DNA of 64,000 bases from the NCBI GenBank assembly GCA_965206025.1, contig CBDBIU010000004.1, positions 1,543,342 to 1,607,341 on the forward strand, written 5' to 3'. Each line of letters opens with the position of its first letter. The first letter of the stretch is position 1. The notes under the pieces are model-generated. The model made no database searches, was not told the origin of the DNA, and worked only from the letters and a program-made list of their open reading frames with translations. A program made the translations under genes and the position numbers. Below, one piece after another: positions 21,053-29,647 of this stretch. The DNA is from Bryobacterales bacterium. GTDB taxonomy: Bacteria > Acidobacteriota > Terriglobia > Bryobacterales > UBA6623.

Positions 21053-23008
21053 TTGGGACCGCCACAAATGAACCGGCCTGGCAACCCCGAACCACGAGGG
21101 TTCCGGTCGCTCACGCTGGGCTTTTTCAAAGAAACCAAGTTTCTCGCGAAGTGCACGCTGATAACGGCCGTGTGGGCGGGCGGTCTTTACAGCCAGGGGC
21201 CAACGCCGCCATCAGCCGAAAGGCCTCCCGCCGCGGACGCGAGCAGTAAGCAAGCCGCCGCTGTTTCACCCGAAACCGCGATATTCACCGACACGGCCGA
21301 GGAAGCGGGCATCGACTTCGTCCATTTCAACGGCATGTCGGGCGAATACTACTACTGTGAGCCGGTGGGTTCGGGCGCGGCGATGTTCGACTACGACAAT
21401 GACGGCGATTTGGACATCTATATGGTTCAGGGCAATATGTTGGGACAGGGGAAGACGCCGGCCGATGCTCTGTTCCCGCCTCGCGGTCCATTGCCCCCCA
21501 AGGACCGTCTCTATCGCAACGAATCGGTGGGCGAAAACGGCGGCTCAAGCGAATTGCGATTCACCGATGTCACCGACAAAAGCGGCATCGACGCCCGCGG
21601 ATACGGGATGGGCGTGGCCGCCGGCGACTGGAATGACGACGGCTGGATCGATCTCTATGTGACGAATTTCGGCCCCAATCAGATCTGGCGGAACAACGGG
21701 GACGGCACGTTCAGCGACACCACCCGCGAGACCGGCGTCGACGACTACCGATGGAGCATTAGCGCTGCCTTTCTGGACTTCAACCGCGACGGGTGGCTGG
21801 ATCTCTACGTCGGCAACTATGTGGACTTCAGCTTCACAAATCGCAAGAAATGTTTTTCCGAAGGCGGCAGGAGGGACTACTGTGGTCCACGCGGCTTCAA
21901 CCCGGTGCCGGAACGTCTGTTTCGCAACCGCGGCGACGGAACGTTTGAGGACGTCTCGGCCAAGTCGCGGATTGCCGCCGAGCACAACGGATCGTTAGGC
22001 GTCGTGGCCGCGGACTTCAACGCGGATGGGTGGGCGGATTTGTACGTGACCAATGACGGGCGTGCGAATCATTTGTGGATGAACCAGGGAAACGGCTCGT
22101 TCAAGAACGAGGCCATGCTGGCGGGCTGCGCTCTAAACGCGGACGGCAATCCCGAGGCCAGCATGGGGGTCGATGCCGGCGATTACGACAATGACGGCGA
22201 CGAAGATCTCTTCATGACGCACCTTAACGGGGAAAAGAACACTCTCTACGCCAACGACGGGAACGGCTGGTTTGACGATCTCTCCTACCGCACTCGATTG
22301 GGAGCGCCGAGCTTGCCCTACACAGCTTTTGGAATGGCTTTTTTCGACTACGACAACGACGGCTGGCTGGACATCCTGGCGGTCAATGGGGAGGTGAAAA
22401 CGCTCGAGGCCCTCGCCAGAGCCAAGGACCCCTACCCGCTGCACCAGCCCAACCAGCTTTTTCGCAATCTAGCTAACGGGCGGTTCGAGGAGGTGACGCA
22501 CAGGGCTGGTTCGGTGTTCGAGTTGTCTGAAGTCAGCCGTGGAGCGGCTTTTGGCGACGTCGATAATGACGGTGACACGGATGTGTTGGTGGTAAACAAC
22601 AACGGCCGTGCGCGGCTGCTAATCAATCACGTCGGCAACCGCAACCACTGGCTGGGCCTTCGGCTGGTGGACAAGACGGGAAAGCGCGACATGCTGGGAA
22701 CGCGCGTTGCCGTGATCCGACCGAAGGGGTCGGAGCTATGGCGAAGGGCGCGAGCCGACGGCAGCTACGCTTCCGCCAATGATCCTCGGGTGTTGGTCGG
22801 GCTGGGCGATTCGACCGATGTTACCGCCGTTCGTGCACACTGGCCCAGCGGTCAAGTCGAGGAGTGGACCGACGTCTCCGTCGACCATTACACGACTTTG
22901 CGAGAGGGGAGTGGAAAAGGTTGTGCGGTAGTTCTAGGCTCGGTTTCCTACTCGCGCAGCGCCCCTAGCCCGCATTTCTCACCACCTGACGGTCGAAGCA
23001 CACGATAG
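21053..23008 (+). CDS. FG-GAP/ASPIC-UnbV (CRTAC1-like) secreted protein #1
   Basis: Repeated D.DNDG..D motifs, SRGAAFGDVDNDGD.D, GSY.S..D.R..VGLG, V.WPSG; start uncertain; the last 13 aa are read from MITE copy 3. Confidence 0.9.
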   Translation: MGPPQMNRPGNPEPRGFRSLTLGFFKETKFLAKCTLITAVWAGGLYSQGPTPPSAERPPAADASSKQAAAVSPETAIFTDTAEEAGIDFVHFNGMSGEYYYCEPVGSGAAMFDYDNDGDLDIYMVQGNMLGQGKTPADALFPPRGPLPPKDRLYRNESVGENGGSSELRFTDVTDKSGIDARGYGMGVAAGDWNDDGWIDLYVTNFGPNQIWRNNGDGTFSDTTRETGVDDYRWSISAAFLDFNRDGWLDLYVGNYVDFSFTNRKKCFSEGGRRDYCGPRGFNPVPERLFRNRGDGTFEDVSAKSRIAAEHNGSLGVVAADFNADGWADLYVTNDGRANHLWMNQGNGSFKNEAMLAGCALNADGNPEASMGVDAGDYDNDGDEDLFMTHLNGEKNTLYANDGNGWFDDLSYRTRLGAPSLPYTAFGMAFFDYDNDGWLDILAVNGEVKTLEALARAKDPYPLHQPNQLFRNLANGRFEEVTHRAGSVFELSEVSRGAAFGDVDNDGDTDVLVVNNNGRARLLINHVGNRNHWLGLRLVDKTGKRDMLGTRVAVIRPKGSELWRRARADGSYASANDPRVLVGLGDSTDVTAVRAHWPSGQVEEWTDVSVDHYTTLREGSGKGCAVVLGSVSYSRSAPSPHFSPPDGRSTR

Positions 23009-23164
23009 GCCCGCCATGACTTCGTTGCGCTTGCTCACCGTGCTCAACGTACTGTTCAAGTACGCCCGCATTATTCAACAAATGAGTCGCCGAGCGTCGC
23101 GCGCCTTGTGCTGACGGGCTTCTCACGCACTTCGCCTCGCCACGTGGTGAGAAAAGCGGGCTAA
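22965..23164. mobile_element. MITE family A, copy 3
   Basis: CTAGCCCGCATTTCTCACCAC ... GTGGTGAGAAAAGCGGGCTAA, 200 bp. Confidence 0.85.
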
Positions 23165-23243
23165 CCGAGCCGCGCCCGAAAGGGTGCGGTCGCGCCCGCG
23201 CGCGGGTGAGCGCCGATAAGCAGAAATGCCGGCCGGATCGCCG

Positions 23244-24047
23244 CTACCCTCGCTGGCGATCCTCGGAGAAATCCTGTTGCGACATATCCGGCGTGTAGCC
23301 GAGCAGAGTCCACCCGCCGTCGACGTGGAGCACTTCACCGGTTAGGAAACGAGAGTCGTCGCCGGCCAGGAATACGCACGGACCTACGTAGTCCTCGACG
23401 TAGGCAACACGGCCCCCCGGTATGATGGCCCCCCATTTCTTGTCGTAGTCGGGGTCGTAACCGCGATTCCTCTCCGTGCTGGTGGGACCTGGCGAGATCG
23501 CGTTGACGCGGATCTTGGGACCTAGCTCGATCGCCAGTTGGCGGGTCAGACTTTCGAGTCCGCCCTTGATGGCCGTATAGACGGAATGGTACCGAACGAT
23601 CAGACTGACGGCGCAAGAGCTGACGTTGATGATAGAATCGCCTCCCTGTTCGAGCATTTTTCTTGCCGTGGCCAGCGTGCCGAAGAACGGACCTCGGAGA
23701 TTCGTGTTCATGACATCGTCAAAATCTTCTTCGCTGGCTTCAAACATGGGCCCGAACCTGGTGCGTCCGGCATTGTTCACTAGAACGTCGAGCCGGCCGA
23801 AACGCTCGCAGACCGAGTCCACCAAGCCTTCGAACTCGGACTTCGATCCCACGTCGGCTTGAAAAACATTAGCCTCTCCACCGGATTCGCGAATCGCCCG
23901 GCACGTGGCGTTCGCTCCCTCGGCGTCGGTCTTGTAGTTAACCGCCACGCGGGCCCCGGCGGCAGCCACGCCCTTGGCCAATCCTTGGCCGATTCCTTTG
24001 CTGGCGCCGGTGACGAGAACAGTCTTCCCACTTAGTTTTCCGTTCAT
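23244..24047 (-). CDS. Short-chain dehydrogenase/reductase (FabG-like)
   Basis: TGASKGIG, LVNNAG, NVSS, Y.A.KGG, IRVNAISPG, TG..L.VDGG. Confidence 0.93.
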   Translation of the reverse strand: MNGKLSGKTVLVTGASKGIGQGLAKGVAAAGARVAVNYKTDAEGANATCRAIRESGGEANVFQADVGSKSEFEGLVDSVCERFGRLDVLVNNAGRTRFGPMFEASEEDFDDVMNTNLRGPFFGTLATARKMLEQGGDSIINVSSCAVSLIVRYHSVYTAIKGGLESLTRQLAIELGPKIRVNAISPGPTSTERNRGYDPDYDKKWGAIIPGGRVAYVEDYVGPCVFLAGDDSRFLTGEVLHVDGGWTLLGYTPDMSQQDFSEDRQRG

Positions 24048-24111
24048 CGGAGTACCTCCCCGGGGGATTCCGTCGACCGACCGGCAATCTGCCGAGCGTC
24101 AGACGATGGGA

Positions 24112-26139
24112 CTACTTAGTTGGAATACCCATATGTTCGTCGAACCACTCGATCATCCGGCGGTAATACTGCTTCAGGTGGTTCCTTTCTCGAATCAAGT
24201 GACCCTCGCGCGGAAAGACGATCAGTCTGCTCGGCACGCCGTAGTGTTGCAGGCCGCGAAACAATTGCACCGCGTGAGTGACTGGTATCGCAGGGTCTTT
24301 TTCGCCCCACATGATGAGCAGCGGAGTTTTGGACTTGCCGACGTGTGTACTGGGGGAGCGCAGCAGCAGCAGTTCCTGATTCTCATAGGGCGAGCGCGAC
24401 CACTCCAACTGGACCGCGCTTCCGGGCGCCTTGGTTTGGCCGGTGTGTATGCTGAACCAGTTGCTGATGCCGGATGCCATCACGCCCGCCTTGAATCGCG
24501 TCGTTGTTGTCACAGCCAAGGCGGTCAGATATCCCCCATAGCTGATCCCGCTGACGCCGAGACGATCCGGATCCGCAATTCCACGCTCGACCATGGCGTT
24601 CACACCCGCCAGGACATCGCCAAGATCTTTGCCGCCGAAATCAGCTCGCGCCCCCCGGCGGAACTCGTAGCTATCCATCAAGCTCCCGCGATAGTTCGTC
24701 ATCAACACGGCATACCCGTGAGCCGCGAAAAACTGCCCCCAGTGACTCGTGCTCACTTGAAAGTCATTGGCCTCACCGACGTTCGACCCGTGAAGGTGCG
24801 TAATCATGGGATAACGTTTGCCTGCCTGAAACCCGACAGGCTTAATCAAGACCCCCGAAATTGCCCAACCGTCCTTGCCGGTCCAGCGGACTCTCTCGCC
24901 TTCGCCGTACGTGCGACCTTCCAGTTCGGGGTTGAGATGAGTCAATTGCTTTGCGACCGCAGCGGGCTCCAAGATCCAAATGTCGGGAGGCTTTGTACTC
25001 TTTGCTAGAACGCAGGCGATCCGTCGTTCTTCACTGATGCTGTAGTCGGATCGAAACTGCACCTGCAACGGGGAGCGGACCAAGCGCGTTGTGGTTCGAG
25101 TTTCCAGGTCGATCCTCAGCAGATACCGTTGGGCGTCTTGGGCCGCTGTGACCAACACGGACCGGCTCCCCGGCATCCATCGAAAAGCTTCCGCGGCGTA
25201 GGAGGACCCTTCGACGACGTTCTCCGGCGTGCTCCCTTTACCCCGGCAAATGAACAGACCTCCGGGATAAAAGTCCGTGCCATTCTCGAGGCTGCCCAAG
25301 AAAGCGATCGCTCCCCCGTCCGGAGACCACCTGGCGCGCCTGACTTGGCCGCTTGTTGCGCAATACAGGTCCGGTTCTCCTCCCGAGAGAGTAACCGTGA
25401 CTAGACGCGGGCGTAGTTGGACGTCATCGGGGTAAGGACCATCAGCGACCGTCAGCAACAGACTGTCTCCCGCCGGAGACCATCGGGCGGAAAGAACGTG
25501 AAGACGGCCGATCCTCACAGCCTTCCGCTGTTCGGCCTCGATGTCGGCGATCCAAATCTCACTCCGGCGCCGCCGTTCGACCGGTTCGGATGGCCCGACG
25601 TCGATTTCGTCGTAGCCCGGCCCGCTGGATTTCTGCGTCTGTTCGTCCCGGGACTCTCGCGCCGCGGCGAGATAGACGATTTTGCTCCCGTCGGCTGACC
25701 AGTCGAAGGAGCGGACGGCGGTCGGATGGTCGGTGATAGGGCGCGCTTCCCCGCCATTCACGTCCATCAAATAGACCTGGGTTGCCGGTTTGGCGGAGCG
25801 AGCACCGAGAAAAGCAATGCTCCGGCTATTAGGCGACCATTGAGGCGAGTAGGCCCGAGTCGGAGCACTAGTATACGGCCGAGCTTTGCCTCCCGTGGCC
25901 GGCACGACCCAAATCGACCTCCTGAGTGGTTCCTTGAAACGCGCCGCCTGGCTCAGCACGAAAGCCACGTGTTTACCGTCGGGCGAGATCCGCACGGCCT
26001 GAGGCGTCGCCATAGAAACGATGTCGTCGATACTGAGCCGCCTCAACTCCGACGCGGGGGCGGCCGTGGAGAGCAATAAAAAGAGCCAGCCGAAGGCTAC
26101 ACTCACTCTTAGTCCGCATTTAATGCTTCTAGTACGCAT
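24112..26139 (-). CDS. S9 family (prolyl oligopeptidase/DAP) peptidase with beta-propeller, secreted
   Basis: PD40-like W/SPDG repeats, G.SYGG nucleophile elbow, GEKD and EGH triad motifs; real start ATG 26139 with a signal peptide (the ORF track extends it into IS3). Confidence 0.9.
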   Translation of the reverse strand: MRTRSIKCGLRVSVAFGWLFLLLSTAAPASELRRLSIDDIVSMATPQAVRISPDGKHVAFVLSQAARFKEPLRRSIWVVPATGGKARPYTSAPTRAYSPQWSPNSRSIAFLGARSAKPATQVYLMDVNGGEARPITDHPTAVRSFDWSADGSKIVYLAAARESRDEQTQKSSGPGYDEIDVGPSEPVERRRRSEIWIADIEAEQRKAVRIGRLHVLSARWSPAGDSLLLTVADGPYPDDVQLRPRLVTVTLSGGEPDLYCATSGQVRRARWSPDGGAIAFLGSLENGTDFYPGGLFICRGKGSTPENVVEGSSYAAEAFRWMPGSRSVLVTAAQDAQRYLLRIDLETRTTTRLVRSPLQVQFRSDYSISEERRIACVLAKSTKPPDIWILEPAAVAKQLTHLNPELEGRTYGEGERVRWTGKDGWAISGVLIKPVGFQAGKRYPMITHLHGSNVGEANDFQVSTSHWGQFFAAHGYAVLMTNYRGSLMDSYEFRRGARADFGGKDLGDVLAGVNAMVERGIADPDRLGVSGISYGGYLTALAVTTTTRFKAGVMASGISNWFSIHTGQTKAPGSAVQLEWSRSPYENQELLLLRSPSTHVGKSKTPLLIMWGEKDPAIPVTHAVQLFRGLQHYGVPSRLIVFPREGHLIRERNHLKQYYRRMIEWFDEHMGIPTK

Positions 26140-26495
26140 TTGCTCGCCCCCGGCAGTCAGCGGCCACGCCTCGGCACGACTTACTGAGTCTCGCAAATTA
26201 TAGCGACATGCCTGTGTTGTAGGGGAACCGCGGTGGACCCCTGAAGGGAGACAATCTGCTAAGCAGGGTTTCCCCATTCGCTGAAAAAAGCTTGGCCGGG
26301 GAATGGCCTTCATTGTAAACTTCTGCTCGGCTGGTGAAGCGGAAGCGGGCTCTGCGGGAGCGCAACCCGGCCAGGAATAGCCGGCTGGAAACCCATCGCA
26401 ACGATGGGTCGGGGCGTGGAGCCCTCCGCTTCGCGCCCCACTCTCACGAAAGCCCAGCCCATCGGATCGATAGATTTCCCGATGCCTCAGAAAAC

Positions 26496-27368
26496 TCATC
26501 CCGCGACCTCCTGCGGCGTCTGCTGGTTGAGCAACCACTGCTCATACTCGTTGGGCGGCCGGTAGCCCAGCGCCGAGTGCAGCCGTTTTTCGTTGTAGAC
26601 GCGCTCGATGAACTCCTCGATGCGCTGCTGCGCCTCGGCGTAATGCTCGTACTCGAACAGGTAGACTTCTTCGTACTTGAGCGTCTTGATGAACGACTCC
26701 GCTTTGGCATTGTCGTTGGGGCTCGCCTTGCGGCTCATGCTGATGGCGATGCCGTGCTCGGCCAACAGCGCCGTATGGTCTCCGGCCGCGTATTGCGAGC
26801 CGCGATCGGAATGATGCACCAGTGCAGGCCCCACGTCGCGCTTCGCCAAGGCCATCCGCAAAGCTCCGAGCGTCAGCTCCGTCCCCAGCGTGCGGCCCAG
26901 TGACCAGCCGATGCAGCGCCGCGAGTGGCCGTCCAACAACACCGCCAGGTAAACGAACTCGCGCAGCAGCCGAATATAGGTGATATCGGCCACCCACAGC
27001 TGGTTCAGCCCCGTCAGCTGGAGCTCGGGAACCAGGTTCGGATAGACCGTCAGCCCGTGCCGCGAATCGGTGGTACGCACGCGTTGGACCCGCCGCAGGC
27101 ACAGCAGATTGTCTTCCCGCATGAGGCGCTCTACGCGCTTGCGATTGATCGTCCAACCACGCCGCCGCAGCTCGGCGGTGATGCGCCGCGAGCCGTAGCC
27201 AGGCATCTCCAAGGCGATGCGCTGGATGGCATCGCGCAACTCGCTGTCGTCGCGGCTCCTCGCCTGCTGATGCGCCCGGTAGTAGGCGGCGCGATTCACC
27301 TGCAAGGCGCGGCACATCGCCGCCAACGATAGCGCAGTGGTTGGTTCCTGCTCGATCACCGCGATCAT
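26496..27368 (-). CDS. IS3 OrfB DDE transposase
   Basis: YG.RRI, W.ADITY, HSDRGSQY, DNA.AESF.KTLK.E, YN..RLHSALGY. Confidence 0.95.
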   Translation of the reverse strand: MIAVIEQEPTTALSLAAMCRALQVNRAAYYRAHQQARSRDDSELRDAIQRIALEMPGYGSRRITAELRRRGWTINRKRVERLMREDNLLCLRRVQRVRTTDSRHGLTVYPNLVPELQLTGLNQLWVADITYIRLLREFVYLAVLLDGHSRRCIGWSLGRTLGTELTLGALRMALAKRDVGPALVHHSDRGSQYAAGDHTALLAEHGIAISMSRKASPNDNAKAESFIKTLKYEEVYLFEYEHYAEAQQRIEEFIERVYNEKRLHSALGYRPPNEYEQWLLNQQTPQEVAG

Positions 27369-27685
27369 CTTTTGCTTGTAGGCGCGACGCTCGGCAGGCG
27401 TTGTTCCTCGAGCCGCGCCAAGGCCTTTTTTAACAGCGCGTTCTCCATGGTCAGCCGGCCGACCATGCGCTCTAGCTCTCCGATGCGAGCTTCTTCGTCC
27501 GAGCCGTTTCTGTTGCCGCGGAACGCTCGCTCAGGATCCTGCCGCAGCTGTTTACGCCACTTTGTCAGCAGCGTGGGATGGACTTCATAGCGCCGAGCGA
27601 CTGCGGCCGTCGAAGCTCCCAACTCGACCTGCCGTACCGCCCGTAACTTGAACTCCACAGAAAACTTCCGTCTTGACAACGCCAT
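27365..27685 (-). CDS. IS3 OrfA (HTH)
   Basis: RRKFS.EFK..AV, VARRY.V....L.KW, LE..VGRLTMEN.LLKKA; ATGA overlap with orfB in the -1 frame. Confidence 0.9.
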   Translation of the reverse strand: MALSRRKFSVEFKLRAVRQVELGASTAAVARRYEVHPTLLTKWRKQLRQDPERAFRGNRNGSDEEARIGELERMVGRLTMENALLKKALARLEEQRLPSVAPTSKR

Positions 27686-27923
27686 AGCACCTCTCTCCGT
27701 TCACTGTAAAAAGATGCTTAGCCAGTTGTCTCATTTTGGGGTCCACTCCGAGTGGCGACCCTGGTACTGGCGAGTCTTACTACTATGTTCGCGTAATCCA
27801 GGAAAATGGCGATATAGCCCGGGGCTCACCGAGCTGGGTCCGCTATGATTGATGCGCATGGCCTGACGGCGGGCGCAGTGACGCTATCCGCTGCGAGGGT
27901 GAAAAGCTAAGTTATTGAAAGAG

Positions 27924-27968
27924 TGGAGCCACGGGTCGGACTCGAACCGACGACCTGCGGTTTACGAA
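27924..27968 (-). other. 3' half of tRNA-Thr(CGT): att-site remnant, not a complete tRNA
   Basis: Minus strand TTCGTAA-ACCGC-AGGTC-GTCGG-TTCGAGT-CCGAC-CCGTGGC-T-CCA; the sequence 5' of the anticodon loop cannot form the anticodon, D or acceptor stems. Confidence 0.85.
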
Positions 27969-28335
27969 TGCGTAGACTGTCGTACTGGATGCTATTCGGC
28001 AGTGCCGTGACATGTTGATTCGTTTAGGGCTTAAGCGCACCCGAGTGCCACCCCATCCTACCTGATATCAGCCTGTGTTGGCAGGTTCGGGTTGCAATTT
28101 GGGTTGCAAGAAAGATGCGCGGTGGGCGATAGGCTAACAACTCTCGGGTTGACAGTCCGTGGGTACCCTGCGTCAACTGCTTCCGCCCGTGTCCATCTTT
28201 CGGCAACCTAATTAGGTTCACCGTCTCAAATCGTCCACCGAGGTAGCAAGAAACCCCACCCCCTTGGCTACCAACCCCAAGTGCAACCCCAGGACCCGAA
28301 ATTCGGCATCACTGAAGGGTAGTCGCTGATCGTCA

Positions 28336-28623
28336 TCATTCGCCTCCATTATGGGTCTTCCCGTTGATTTTGAGCGTGAATTTGAAGGGTTCATCGAGTC
28401 CGTCATGGTGCAGGTCAACCGCCTTGCGCTTGGGATACACGTAGTGGGCAAGCTCCGTGTACATCTTGGCGCGAAGCTCGATGGGGTGCTGCTTGTTGGC
28501 GGCGATTTCCGCCATGCTCCGGATGGGGTTGCAGCCTAACTCCCAGAGCAGTTCAGCCGCTTGTTGGGTGCGCTTGTTGGGCGTGCCCTTCTTGCGGCCC
28601 CCGGTTTTTCGTGTGAGCGCCAC
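28336..28623 (-). CDS. Phage/satellite-type small protein, terminase small subunit-like
   Basis: TGGRKKGTPNK N-terminus and ELAHYVYPKRKAV, motifs I recognise from prophage proteins; next to the att remnant. Confidence 0.55.
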   Translation of the reverse strand: MALTRKTGGRKKGTPNKRTQQAAELLWELGCNPIRSMAEIAANKQHPIELRAKMYTELAHYVYPKRKAVDLHHDGLDEPFKFTLKINGKTHNGGE

Positions 28624-28984
28624 GGTCTACTTTAGTCTACTTTAGACGGCCTACCGATTGCCCGTTGAGCCGACCAAACGTTCAAGTCTGGCGACAAGCA
28701 GCTAGACATTTCGATCAAAGTCGAGTAGCTGAACTGGTGAGGCGACCCTCCACGGGGGTTGGTGTCGAAGGAGTGCCGGAGACCCCTACCGAGGCCGTTT
28801 CACATAGCAACGAACGCAACCCGCACCGCAAACGACCGGCCATGAGCGTTCGGGGGGTCTGATCCCATTGCGAAGGACGTTGCAGTGGGGTTTCGCCTAC
28901 CCTCAACGCCCGGTACCCGGCAGCTCAGCCAGCATCTGTTCTCGATCCCGTTTCTGTCAACGGCGGAGGCATGATAAGTTGTTT

Positions 28985-29022
28985 AATTGCTATAACATAA
29001 CGTCCTTTATGTTACCCCAATT
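28985..29022. promoter_or_regulatory. Palindromic dif/Xer-like recombination site or operator
   Basis: AATTG-cta-TAACATAA [CGTCCT] TTATGTTA-ccc-CAATT: perfect 8-bp core arms around a 6-bp spacer. Confidence 0.5.
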
Positions 29023-29074
29023 GTAGCAGTAGGGGAGGGGGTGTCAAGGGGTCTAGCTGCTAGACTATGGGGCT

Positions 29075-29167
29075 ATGGATACGCTAGATCAGATTGTGCC
29101 GGGCATCCTGTCAGGTCTTGCGGTTCTGGGTATTGTCTGGTTGGCTCGTAATGTGGTCCCTGCCTAA
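29075..29167 (+). CDS. Putative 30-aa single-TM small protein
   Basis: MDTLDQIVPGILSGLAVLGIVWLARNVVPA; one hydrophobic helix; could be the start of a broken longer gene. Confidence 0.3.
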   Translation: MDTLDQIVPGILSGLAVLGIVWLARNVVPA

Positions 29168-29647
29168 GGAGCGTAACGCGCTCCAATCGTCCGCCCAAAT
29201 GGGCCGCGCGGCGGCTTGGGTGAACACTAGCCGACAAGGGCGGATTCAGCCGCAACTTCCCGTACTTCGAGGCCGCTCTGGAGAAAGAGAGCTTCACTTG
29301 CCCTGGACTGCCGACCAGACAGCCAGGTTCGGCGATGAATCGAGCCAAGTCCATATTTTGTAACGAGTTAGACGGAGAGGTGGCCGGTTCGGAGTAGGAT
29401 CGATCCCGATATCCTGACATCTAACTGCGGATGAGCGCTATGTGATTCGTTTCGTGGGGTTTAGTCCTGCTGCCGGTGTTTGGACCCGGCGAACCAGCTC
29501 TCGACCACGCGGATCGTCGGCTGCAGAACTTCGGTCGGGTCGTAGCCGACCGGCGCAGGGGAAATGAACCTTTGGCCATCCGGCGCGGCTCCAGCGCACA
29601 TCACGCCCCCCATCGTTCGACACCGTCACCTTCCGCTCAACGGTAGA

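Larger units (their letters stand above)
26233..27746 (-). mobile_element. IS3-family insertion sequence (about 1.5 kb)
   Basis: Imperfect TIRs GTGGACCCCTGAAGGGAGACAATCTGCTAAGC vs GTGGACCCCAAAATGAGACAACTGGCTAAGC; orfA plus orfB; no TSD seen. Confidence 0.88.

Noticed and set aside
26219-26242. GTAG-REP at GTAGGGGAACCGCGGTGGACCCCT
   Set aside because: Weak stem, and its right half is the IS3 terminal inverted repeat.
26140-26538. N-terminal 133 aa of the 808-aa ORF 24112..26538
   Set aside because: Most of this extension lies inside the IS3 3' tail; the peptidase has its own signal peptide starting at 26139.
27924-28000. Intact tRNA-Thr gene
   Set aside because: The 5' half is missing: TGCGT stands where ACCGC is needed to close the anticodon stem, and there is no D arm or acceptor 5' strand.
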